Positions 1 to 11,548 of a stretch of DNA of 64,000 nucleotides are shown piece after piece (the stretch's first letter is position 1; each line of letters starts with the position of its first letter). Both the position numbers and the translations under genes were made by a program. The DNA comes from Lama glama (taxonomy: Eukaryota): positions 25,172,001-25,236,000 of the forward strand of contig CM052841.1 in assembly GCA_028534125.1 (NCBI GenBank), read 5' to 3'. The notes below the pieces were generated by a model that worked only from the letters and a program-made list of their open reading frames with translations, made no database searches and was not told the origin of the DNA.

Positions 1-404
1 CTTAATTGTGCGATAGATCTCTTTTCATTTCCCTTTCTCTCTTCTCACAAACCTGTTGTTAGTTTCCCCAAATAGCGTATTCAGAATTTTCTCATTTCTG
101 AAGAATGCCATTTTTAGGTGCAAATGATGACTGCATAGAAATCGAATAACGACTCCTTTTGTTACATGGGTCAATTTTGCCATGACCCAGTCTCACTTTG
201 TGTCAGTGACACCATTAAAACACAAAATAGAATTCAGCCTCAAGCTCCTTCTAATGTGGGTGACATCAGACAGATAGCATGTGTTGTTTTTGTGCTGACA
301 GGAAGGGTCTGAAATGAGCCCCTAAAATGTCCTCACTTAAAGGGGAGTGCCATGGCTACCTTGCCATGACTCTGTTCATCCTTGATGATGGAAACCATCA
401 GGCT

Positions 405-500
405 CCTTCCTCCCCCTTCCTCCCCCTCCCTCCCCTCCTTCCTCCTTCTCTTTCTTCCCTTCTTCCCTCTCTCCCTTCCTTTCTTCCTTCCCGTCCTTTT
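405..500. repeat. CT-rich low-complexity / (CCTT)n-like simple repeat
   Basis: Nearly pure pyrimidine run ccttcctcccccttcc...ttcttccttccc. Confidence 0.85.
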
Positions 501-775
501 GTATCTTACCCTAGAAGACCAAGGTCATATAGCAAGACAAATATAGCCAAAACGTTGAACCTCTGAGTCTACTTTGAACTGAGGTAATGCTCATCTTCTC
601 ATCCTTCTCTTTAATTGTCAGCTTCACATTAGGATGATTACTTGATAAGTATTCTCAGAAATTTAGAAGAGGTTGAACTAGGTTGACTGGAGTGAGAGTT
701 TGGTGTTTATTTCGATGATCAAAACAGTCTTGTTTTCTGCTGCCACAAATAATCTTGCATCACCATGTTCTAGGA

Positions 776-1008
776 TAGGGCTTCTCAACCTCAGTACTAC
801 TGACATTTTGGCCTGGATAATTCTTTGTTTGGGGACTGTCCTGTGCATTGAAGAATGTTTAGCAGCATCCCAGGCCTCTACCTAGTAGACAGTAGTAATG
901 AACCCCTCCCAACACACATATACCGTCAGTTGTGACATCTTAAAGATGTCTCCAGACATTGACAAATGCTCCCTGGGAGGCAAAATTGCCCATGGTTGAG
1001 AATCGCTG
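776..1008 (-). mobile_element. MER20-like hAT-Charlie MITE, near full length
   Basis: TIR-like ends agggcttctcaacc and ggttgagaatcgctg. Internal gggactgtcctgtgcattg..tgtttagcagcatcc and atgtctccagacattg match the MER20 reverse complement. Confidence 0.88.
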
Positions 1009-3744
1009 CTCTCGAATGTAACACTGGCGGTCTCTTGTTCCCAAATTTTTTAAGAGGTTGGCTATGGCAAACTTTCAGGCTGATAAAATTATAATTTCTT
1101 CTTCTCCAAATAATGCATTTGTTTTCCCAGGTTGACTAGGAAAGAGAAAATTTTGCATTTTGAATGCCATGTTCCATAAATTATCAGAATTTTCTGTTAA
1201 AAAAGAATCAAAACTGTTTATCTTATCATAACAAAAAGTGTGTAAGATCAAATTACTTTTATGTTTTTTCACTGTTAAAGTGTCTTCTTTATAACAATTT
1301 TAGTCCCAAATCTTTACCAGCATTAGTGAAACAGCAAGGGTCTTGTTTATTCTCTACTTTAGGAAATCTCTGAGCTTAAGCAGAAGGATCTGTGCCATGT
1401 ATTTGGTGACTGTATATGTGTACCAGCTCTGAAAACTACCCTTAATAATTGTTTTTAAATTACCCTATGTGCCAGCTTTTTGCACTTAAGCAGAGACGAA
1501 AGCTAAAACTAAATTACTGGCTTCCTGGTTGAGAGTGAGGGTATGTGAATGCAGTGCATGCTATTCATTTGGAATACAAAATTACTGTACAATTCTAAAT
1601 AAAATATTTTGTCATAGGTGGCATTTATCCACCAAATTGCAAGACATATCCTGAAACAGGAAATAACAGAATCAATTTAAAGCCCTTCATCCAGCTTTCT
1701 TCCCCTGAAAGTATACTCTGAAAATGCTTCTTTTTGAATTTTTCTCAATTTCTGGACAGAGATGCTGGATTGCCTAACTTTCCAGTCATCAGGAGGGCTC
1801 TGAAAGCAACCATTTGGGCTTCTAACAAGGCGAGCATGGAACTTAAAAATGAAGGACCCAAGTTATTTTGGTTAATTTATACACAACAAGCTGGGTCCTT
1901 CACAGTCGTTCTGTTTGGTTGCGAGGGGAAAATATCCGGAAGAATCAAAGAGCTATCCTGCACTTTCAGAAGCTTTTACACAGCTAAAAAATGCTGTTTG
2001 CTATGAGCAACAACCACATAATGGTTCATAGCTTTTGAGATCTCTGCTTTCATGGAACTGATCCCGATCACCTTATATCAATTTTGATCGAGTCATCAAA
2101 CAGCTGTGCATCTGGTATGTGCAAGAACAAAAGAAGATCTACTTTCGGGAAGATATTGGGCATTAATAAATCTTTTCCAAGGATCTACTCTTCTTTGGAG
2201 ATATTTCTTATCAGGTAGAGGGAGTACGCAGGATCTGTTCACTTTTGAACTTCTGCATTTCTAACCTGAATGTGGATTCTAAGCAACCTTTTATTCAAAG
2301 AAAGAATGATAGGTTGAAAAAGAGATTGATATTCCAGCCTTCTGAGTCTTCACTTTGTGCTGACAAATTAATCGTCTGTTTTACCTTTTTTGAACAGTGA
2401 GGCTCTGTTCCGTTTATCAGGTCACATGCATTTCATTACACTACACCTTGGTGACAAAGGAAGCTTAGGGGTAAAAATGAATCCAGAGATGAGTCAAGCG
2501 TTTGGCTTGAGTTCTGTGTCTCAAAAACAGACAAGTCATTGGTCCTGACAGTCTGTCCTCTGACACATGGAAAAGACCTGTGGCAAGTCACGTTGATGGA
2601 GCCTCACACATTTTCCAAGGGATGTTTTGTCTCTAGACTCTGTGGAGTCATATTTAAATTTGCTCACTCACTCATATTTAAATTTTACCCAGACAGCCCT
2701 GTCTAAACCCCAGTGGATGGAATAACTGCCTAAATATATCAGATGTATTTAGTAATTCAGACTTTCTTCTCTGGAATTAAAGATTGAATTTCTTTTAGGA
2801 ATAATGATGAAATGTTCTGTTTCTTGATGTATGTGGCAGTTACATGAGTATGGTCAATTTGCAATAATTAAGCTGTATGCATATCATTTGTGTGGTTTCC
2901 TAGATATAATACTTCATTAAAACATTTATTTTAAAAAGAGTAATGCCAAAATTGACAAGAATAACAAAAGTTTATAAAAGGGGGAAAAGACTTATTCATG
3001 GGAAAAAAAACAGAACCACAGAACTACAGCACCTTAGTGAGCTTCCAGATACCGTTTGTGTGGTTTAATCAGACATCTTTGCAAATGTACTTCTATTAAG
3101 CATTTTTATAGGAGGCTTATCACACAAATATGTATTTTTCATATACGCATATAGTCACAATTTCTTTTTGCGATGCTGAAAAATGTTATCTCCCTTTAAA
3201 AAAAAATCCTTTGTCACTTTACTGATAAGATTTCTGTCTTATTTAATTAGACTATAATGGATATTGAGACTAGTACCATTGGACTGTATATCATTTCATC
3301 AGCATCATAATGAGTCTAAGCACTTACCGTATCTCCACTGCTCCATTCAGTTGGAATAATTTTGAGAGCCAATAAAGGTGAGACTTCACCCTGAATACCA
3401 TGCCACTCTGCTGCATGATAAAGTCAAGTTGTCGAGGTCTTCATCACCTCACACCAGCACTGTGAATTTAAAATCCAATTTCAAAACCTCTTAAGTTATA
3501 ACCCACAGGTCTCCACAATCTATAAAAATTTAGCCCACACATTTGGTGAAACCATATGAATTTAGATTTATGGTGAGGAGGGAGGAATAAGGAAGCAAAT
3601 AGGAGTTAATGGAAAATATAATTACAGGTTTTAAAGATAGAATTTATGGGCTTTTTCTTTTCAAACAGCAAAGCAATATTTGCTAACAACAATGAGCCAA
3701 GTATTTTCCTCGCCTCCTGCCCCTTATCACCTTCCCTCTTAAAA

Positions 3745-4030
3745 TAATATGTTAACAGTTTGGTGTATGTCTGTCTATACATTCTTGATGGTTATAGAAA
3801 CATACGAAGATATGCACACATGATTTTTTCTTTTCTTATTGCAAAATGAGATTACACTACACGTATTTCTCAGCACATTGCGCTTCTTTTTTAGCAGTGT
3901 ATCACGGACATGTCCCCAAGTTAGTTCATGTAACCCTAATACATTCTTCTTAATATCCGCATCACAGCCTGTAGTGTTGATGTATTATAATGAGGAGTCA
4001 GGCTGTATTTTTCTGCCCCTATAACAAATA
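3745..4030 (-). mobile_element. Old L1 (L1ME-like) 3' fragment
   Basis: gttaacagtttggtgtat...aaaatgagattacactacac...cattcttcttaat resembles antisense L1ME 3' UTR. Confidence 0.55.
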
Positions 4031-4267
4031 AAGCAATAAATACACTGTACATTTATTCAGAAATATTGATATTGGATAGAGGACTTTTAAAGAAAAGTGG
4101 ATTTAAAAAACTGTTTTCAGGTGCATATAGTAACTGAAAACAAGTTGCTCAGGCACAGGCAGACAGAGATCTTTACTGGGCTTTTTTACTAAATGCCCAA
4201 GATGAATTGCACATACTGAATCAATTGTGTACATGATTCAGGAGTCCTCAAAATGTCAATTTTTGGC

Positions 4268-4490
4268 AGAAAATAGGTTAGAGATTGCCTGGGACTGGGG
4301 TGGGAACAAAGATTAACTGTAAATGGGCTGAGCTGATATTCTCATCTTTGGGATCATGCGAATGTTCTAAAATTGGATTATGGTGAGAGTTGCATAACTC
4401 AGTAAATATACTGAAAGATCATTGAATTGTACTTCTGAATTGAGTGACTCTTATGATATATAAATTACACCTCAGTAAAGTTGTTTAAAG
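4268..4490 (+). mobile_element. L1MB/L1MC-type 3' end
   Basis: gattgcctgggactggggtggg...aatgttctaaaattggattatggtga..gttgcataactc...cattgaattgtac...aaattacacctcagtaaagttgtt. Confidence 0.8.
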
Positions 4491-4761
4491 AGGTAAATTT
4501 TTAAAGCAGTTAATGGGACATCTTTTTTTATATCATCAATTGGCATTATCTGAGGAAAAAAAAGCTTTCCTTCAGTAGAGTCAATTTCAGCCCACCAACA
4601 CCTGTTTGATTTATTACAGTCTCAGAATTCTTGGACTTTGCTCAAATTATCTTCTGCATTTAATGGAATAAACTTTTTTTGCTCGTGCTGATTGCAGTAC
4701 TCATTTTCCAGGGTGGTATTTTAAAAAGCCATGATCTTATTTAGACACTGATGATCCTGTT

Positions 4762-4885
4762 CAGTCATTCATTCAGCAGTTATATACTGAGTACCCAGTG
4801 TGTGCCAGGCACTGTCCTAGTCATTTCAAATCTATCTGTGTCCAAGAAAGTTTAAGATCCCTGCCTTCCTGAAGCTTATACTCTC
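4762..4885 (-). mobile_element. L2 3' end
   Basis: tcattcattcagc...tactgagtacc..tgtgtgccaggcactgtcctag...ccctgccttcctgaagcttatactct. Confidence 0.78.
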
Positions 4886-4931
4886 CCTTAAATCTAAGAA
4901 AGGAAAGAAGACCATTATTTCATGTTTTAAA

Positions 4932-5080
4932 GCAGGGCTCCCCAAATCAATTACCAGATTTTTCTTGTTAAAAATGCAGATTTTGGTTCAGTAGGGATGC
5001 TGTCCGGAATTCTGGATTTCTCCCAGACAGTCGGGTGATGGTGATGCTGCTTGTCTGAAGACTACACTGTGAGGTCGAGG
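4932..5080 (-). mobile_element. MER5A-like hAT-Charlie MITE
   Basis: cttgttaaaaatgcagatt..ttcagtagg...gtgatggtgatgctgcttgtctgaagactacactgtgag. Confidence 0.65.
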
Positions 5081-8000
5081 TTTTAATATACAGTTGACAT
5101 GTATATACACAACAGCCATGATTATATGAGGTTGTACTGTATTTCATAGCCTGTGTTCTCCTCAATTCCCTCCATTTCCTGGGATCCAGACAAATAAACA
5201 GCATAGGTGGGAGTGGGAGGGGTGGGGCACAATAGCCTTGATCATCACCTGGGACCTGTTCAGCATGTTTTTGCTGGATGAGAGAGGTGCTGCCTGCTCC
5301 AAGGAGTAGAAGCATAGCTGGTCTTGGACGTGGCATCTTCTGGCTCCCCTTCCTCTGCACTGGCCTTCCTGTCCACATATTTGGTCTAGAGGTTAGGGAG
5401 CTTGAATTTTTTTGTAGCTCTTTTACAATTCTTTTCTAGATTCTTGATGATTAAAACCTGGGAAGCTACTAAAAGTTATCAATCATTGTATAGTGATTGA
5501 ATTAGGAAAGACGTAAGGTATTTTGAGTGCCTACTGTGTACACTTAAGCATTCTGTGATGCTTAAAACTTAGAAAAGATCTGTTATAATTTTCATTCTTA
5601 AACGTGAAAACTGTGACCCTCAGAGTATTTTGCTAATTTTTTTCTTTCTCTTTTTTTTTTTCAGTTTGTCCAGAATGGGTAGTTAGAAGAACTAAGATTA
5701 GAATAGAATTGTTTGTACCTGACTTCTAAGAGGCAACAATAGCCTTAACCTCATACTCTGCTGGAGAGTTCTTAGTTAAGGAAATTTTCTTGTCTCTTCA
5801 GATCTCCTTCAATTTCACAACTTTTGAAGTCAAAGCACCGTAATTTTCTTAAAAAATCACTTCACCCTCATGCCCCACTGCTACTCAAGAAACTGAAAAT
5901 ACAAAGGCCTTGACATTGTCTATTTTAAATCATTTCACCTGATAGCCTTTTGTGAAGACAAAATATAAAAGATTCTGTTTCTGTCTCTTGTTCTGTTTAA
6001 ATATTCCAGCATGACAGGCAAGATATGTTCTAGACATAGGCAACTTTAGAAATATAGAAACATCATCTGTTGGAGAGTAATTGATCCTTGTTGTGTGCCT
6101 GATAATATTTTTGGCTAGTCATCTTCAGAACATCAGATTTAATTAAACACAGACACTAATTAAAGTACAGAATGTGTGATTAAAGTCCTGGGAAATTAGA
6201 AAGATTTCAAATAAGTAGAATTCTCTTCGTATGTCCCCCCCCCCACCTTTTTTTTTTTTTTGGTAATTTCTTGACCTTTTGTCAAATACAGTGCAAAGAA
6301 AATGTAATTAGTGAAGTGTGTTTTATATGCCCACTAATAGATTTTTTTCATTGAAACATAACCTTTATATGATGCTTCTGTTATTACTGGCTGTCAGGTG
6401 AAAATTAAATGAGCTTGCTCTCAGCTTCAGATTTATCTTTCTGTCTACAAAAGGCTATGTGAGAGTTTGAGTCGATACATAGCTTTTACTGATGATTCTG
6501 TAAATTAGTCCCATCAATCTGTGGTAAATAGAATCCATCCTCTCCATGAAGCTGGTGGCCTGGCCGGGCCAGCAGTGATACTTTGCAGCCCAGCACTCTC
6601 TCTTCTGCTGCTTGGAAAGTGCCTCTAGCTACCAGGAACTTCTACCAGTTAATGCATTGAGGCTGTTGTTTACTTAAAACATGCATAGCAGCCTGAAGCA
6701 TTCACATACCCTCACCAATTGGAGAAAGCACCCAGTTTAGCAGTGTTCCATTCATTTCAGCTTCATGGCAATCATTCAAAACTGCAACTGAAAACTGACT
6801 CAAGGGATACAGAAGGCGCTTCCATGCCCTTTTTCCGAAGAGCCTGTTATTTTATATGTTCTGCATTGCAAACATTGTCCTTGGTTGTCTCCCCAAGGGA
6901 CAGTCCCCACTAACCAAAGCTCCCAGCAGTAGTCTGGGTTGGGAAAGATAACACCCCTTGCTCTACCTGCATTTCTAAAGGTGAGCCAGAAAGTAGAAGT
7001 TGACTCTTAAATGGCTTTTCTGCTGTGTGTGTGTGAAACCTAGGATCGAGGAGGAAGCCCCCTTTATCCATCAGTCAGTGATCCTCAGATGTGATGTCTG
7101 TATCAAAGGATAGTCCCGAGTTGCTCAGAGCTGACTTGAACTCTGGCTGAGTCACCAAGGACTTGGAGATGGGATCCCACTTGGCCAAGTACCAAAATGT
7201 CTCTGGTTTCCTGCGATAACTCAGACTTTACAGGGGGGCAGTTTGACTTCACATCTTATGAGAACAAGCAGCACATCTCCAGCAGGGCCAGAAATACTGC
7301 GGGAGCAGTCCTCGCCTCGCTGTTCCAGCNNNNNNNNNNNNNNNNNNNNNNNNNNNNNNNNNNNNNNNNNNNNNNNNNNNNNNNNNNNNNNNNNNNNNNN
7401 NNNNNNNNNNNNNNNNNNNNNNNNNNNNNNNNNNNNNNNNNNNNNNNNNNNNNNNNNNNNNNNNNNNNNNNNNNNNNTTTAGTGAGGTTTATTCATCCTC
7501 CATAGACATAAAAATAAGTCTTTCAAAGAACATGAATATTTGAGGCATTTGGCAACATGCAGACTCTGGCAACCTCTCCTTATTTATACTATGTAATTAT
7601 ACTCGCCTTTATATGTGTGTCCTTTTCATTATTGAGCCCAACATGGTCTTTTGTGAAATTCCAGTTATTGATTAGCACTGGCAACTCTGAAATGTAGCTT
7701 TTTATACATCAATAAATCTCTTTCCCCCCTTTTTAAAATCACAGCAGATCTTGTTGGACATTTGGGGAGAAAACAACTTAAAATTCACATCCAGATCTTG
7801 GCTGCCAATTCAGGACTTTGTTACTATGAAGTTTGCCAAGTTTTCAGCTTACTCCTCGCTGAAAGTACAGTTTGGGGGTGGGGGATCCCTGTTGCTAGAG
7901 TAAAACTGGAGTGACATCATTAGAACTCAGCTAAATCTGTGGCTCCCATGAAATTCTGGCCTCCACATCTTCCCCCAACCCCTTTTTTTGTTTCTTCTTC

Positions 8001-9007
8001 TTCACTGCACCGAAACCCATCCTACAGTCAGTTTTCAAACTGAAAGCAAACAAAAACAGCCTGAAGGCATGACATCAGTGACCAACTATGAGCCTATCAG
8101 GTTTGTTTGAATAAATATAAATATACAACCAAAGACTCGACCTTTTTTCAAGAGATTTAATCCTTTTGCCAGTTGTATTCTTTAAATGTTAGGTTTCATT
8201 AGGGAACTGGTACCCCTTCTCAAAGGAGAAGCTTAGTATTTCTGGGGAAGACACTAATGAGGCATGAGCTGGTGCATCAGATATTTCCAGTTTCTATTTA
8301 CTGAAGTTATCGTTGTATCTAATCTGTAGTGGAACCAAGAAAATTTAGTAGCAACCAATTATTCCAAACTCAGTTATATTTAGGGTTGAATATCTTTAAG
8401 AAGAAAAGAACCAAATAATGCTAATTTCATATTGCGCATTTATATCAAGGTACATTGAGATCATAATTTATTGAGGATTATACTAGTCCATGTAAATGGT
8501 ACCCTTGAGCCTGAAAGTGTTAATGCAACTTTTCCTGCTGCCTGCTTTGCAGTCACTACACATCCCCTCATTCTTTTGGAATTAATAGACTTGTTCTTAC
8601 CTTTGTCTGATTGTGCGGAGATTAGCATGTAGACCTGCTAAACTTGCCAACTGTAGCAAATGGTTAGTAACTATTCTCAATATGGGTGAGCCCACAAAGT
8701 AGTGTTTCAGAACTGAATGCTATTTCCTCACAGCAAGTTTCCTTCTTCCTATTGAATGTTGGCAACCTTGATTTTGGAATATTTTTGCATTTACAATCAA
8801 GAAACTTTCAAAGAATGTTATTCTGACTGGCTTATTAGGAGCCCATGATTTATGGCATGTTTGATTCCACCTGACTTCCATTGGATGGTTGCATTGGGAG
8901 AACATGGAATGTGTTCGAATTTTGTCAAAGCCCAAAATAGCATATTTTTGTCACGTATCAGATTCAAGCCTGTATTCTGAGCATTTATTCATTTTACTTG
9001 TGTGTAT

Positions 9008-9043
<36 letters not shown>

Positions 9044-9054
9044 TTTTTTTTTTT
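9008..9054. repeat. Compound (CA)n(TA)n(T)n microsatellite
   Basis: Directly visible. Confidence 0.95.
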
Positions 9055-9756
9055 GTAACACCAAAGTGATTAGTTTGTAGGCTTTGAGACTTGTGTCACT
9101 TACAGGGTCCTGTTTCCACATCTTCTGGGGTCAGAAGGCTAGTAGAAGCCATACAGCAAGAGCACAGTGGGTTCTCAGGAACCATTTACTTTCTTGTAAT
9201 GCAAGNNNNNNNNNNNNNNNNNNNNNNNNNNNNNNNNNNNNNNNNNNNNNNNNNNNNNNNNNNNNNNNNNNNNNNNNNNNNNNNNNNNNNNNNNNNNNNN
9301 NNNNNNNNNNNNNNNNNNNNNNNNNNNNNNNNNNNNNNNNNNNNNNNNNNNNNNNNNNNNNNNNNNNNNNNNNNNNNNNNNNNNNNNNNNNNNNNNNNNN
9401 NNNNNNNNNNNNNNNNNNNNNNNNNNNNNNNNNNNNNNNNNNNNNNNNNNNNNNNNNNNNNNNNNNNNNNNNNNNNNNNNNNNNNNNNNNNNNNNNNNNN
9501 NNNNNCAGGACACTGAAAGAAACAACTGGATCTTTCAGACTATGTTCGTACGAGAAACTTGGGCAAAGAACAAAACGTGGATTTTTGTAAGGCACCAGTG
9601 GATAATGCTGATCTCACAATTGGCAGGTTCTGCTCGTGCACTACAGGCTAGCTTTCTCTTATTGGTCTGGGGTAGGGAGGCCCTGTGAACATAGATTCCT
9701 TAGAGTGCATGATAAGTAAATGATTGTCAATTATCAGTCCTTCCAAACACAATCTT

Positions 9757-9910
9757 TTCACTAACTTATTCAACAAAAAATTTATTGTGAACTTACTCTG
9801 TGTCAGGGCCATTCTGGGGTTAGGAAATAAGATGGACAAAGCAAGAAAAGACCCCTGCCTGCACGGAGACTACATTCTAATGTTATAAACAAATAAGAAA
9901 TAAATCAGAT
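9757..9910 (-). mobile_element. L2 3' end (continues at about 10409)
   Basis: ttattcaacaaaaaatttattg...tctgtgtcagggccattctgggg...cccctgcctgcacggagactacattcta. Confidence 0.75.
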
Positions 9911-9979
9911 GATTACCACCAGATGGGGTCAAGAGATGGTGCAAGTGCAGTGGAAGAAATCCCTTGTGAATATGGCGGA

Positions 9980-10273
9980 TGTATTAGTTTGCTAGAGTTG
10001 TCTTAACAAGGTGCCACAAACTGGGTGACTTAAATAATAGACATTTGTCATCTCACAGTTCTGGAAGCTATGGGCCTGGAATCAAAGCACAGCAGGTTGA
10101 TTCCTCCTGAGCACCGTGAAGGAACTATTTTCCAGGCCTCTCACCCTGGCTTATAGATGGTTGTCTTCTCCCTCTATTTTTACATCACCTTCCTTCTGTG
10201 TGAGTCTCTGTGTCCAAATGTCCCCTTTCTATAAGGACACCAGTCATATGGATGAGTGTCCCTTCCCCCCATG
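9980..10273 (-). mobile_element. MLT1A/B-type MaLR LTR, running into a gap
   Basis: tgtattagtttgctag...ccacaaactgggtgacttaaa...tctcacagttctggaagcta...tctctgtgtccaaat..cccctttctataaggacaccagtcat. Confidence 0.88.
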
Positions 10274-10408
10274 NNNNNNNNNNNNNNNNNNNNNNNNNNN
10301 NNNNNNNNNNNNNNNNNNNNNNNNNNNNNNNNNNNNNNNNNNNNNNNNNNNNNNNNNNNNNNNNNNNNNNNNNNNNNNNNNNNNNNNNNNNNNNNNNNNN
10401 NNNNNNNN

Positions 10409-10735
10409 AAGAAAGTGCTCAGAGAACACATCCTGGAGGGAGTGATAATGGAACTGAGACCTGAGGAAGAAGGAACCAGTCCTGGGAAGAGGTGGAGGCA
10501 GAGTATTGGGCAGAAGAAACTGCATGTAAAAAACCCAGAAGTGGGAAGGGCTTTCTGTGTCTTTGGAAGGGTGGCTAGAATGCTTGTGACAATGCAGGAG
10601 GGCATTAGGTCAGAGATGTGGCAGGACCAGATCACACGAGCCTTGTTGGCCAACTGAAGGAGGAGTTTGGATCTTATTCTGAATATGATAGGAAGCCAGT
10701 GGAGCATTTTAGTCAGAGGAGCTATGTGTTGTACT
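10409..10735 (-). mobile_element. L2 fragment
   Basis: Purine-rich antisense L2: gaactgagacctgagg...ccagatcacacgagccttgttggcc...tttggatcttattctga...ggaagccagtggagcatttta. Confidence 0.78.
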
Positions 10736-10799
10736 TTTAATTTTAAAGCCTATATTATTGAGCACCTACTGAAAACAAAGCAGTGTGTCCAGTGTAGAG

Positions 10800-11245
10800 T
10801 GGGCTCAAGGCTTTTCTACAGTCTTCACCACAGCCTACCCTGGACTCTGACCCTGTTTTTAATCACCAGACTTCTTGCTGCATTCTTGTGGCCTGCTCCC
10901 ACATTATGTTGTCTGTTTTCCCACCTCTAGCCTTTGCCAGTGATGTGGCTTCTACCAGTGCTCACTCTGCACATTGAACTCCTATTCGTACTTTCACACC
11001 CATCTTGAAAACTACTTCTTGTATGGTATCATCCCAGATTCACACAATCCATCTCTGCCTTTGCTCATGTCTTTGATTATATCACATTGTATTGCATTTC
11101 TTTGTTTATGTGCCCACCTAACCAAATGCTGGGTTAGCTCCCTGAGGGCAAGGACCCCAACTCCATTCATCTTTGTGTGCTGAGAGCCTATCTCAGTGCG
11201 CAGCTTAGAGTCAGAGCCTAAAACCTTCTTTACCAAATGAATGAC
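10800..11245 (+). mobile_element. L2 3' fragment
   Basis: gcctttgc...tatcacattgtattg...agctccctgagggcaaggacc...ttcatctttgtgt...aaatgaatgac. Confidence 0.7.
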
Positions 11246-11307
11246 TAAATTACATATAAGACAGGGCATTGTGCTGAAGATGGGAAGCCATTAAGAACTC
11301 TTGGACT

Positions 11308-11548
11308 AGTGGAATAGAGTGGAAAGAAATGGGGCTTTATAGGTGCATCAACCTGAATCTGAGTTCAGTCCTTACTAGTGTTACTTCTGTGCATTGTTAC
11401 TTAACTTCTTGGCGCCTCCGTTCCTTCACTAGTCAAATGAGTCTAATGGATTCATGACCTTTTTTTTTAAACAGAATTAATTTAGGAAACTTTGTGACTG
11501 CACCTGGCCCATAGCCTGGCACAAACAAGATGCTCAATAAAATAATGC
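11308..11548 (+). mobile_element. MIR SINE
   Basis: gttacttaacttcttggcgcctccgttccttcactagtcaaatg core, and tagcctggcacaaacaagatgctcaataaa tail. Confidence 0.75.

Noticed and set aside
327-566. Pro/Leu/Ser-rich 79-aa ORF
   Set aside because: It is the translation of a CT-rich simple repeat.
4968-5378. 136-aa minus-strand ORF
   Set aside because: It overlaps a MER5-like element and has no recognisable homology or exon structure.
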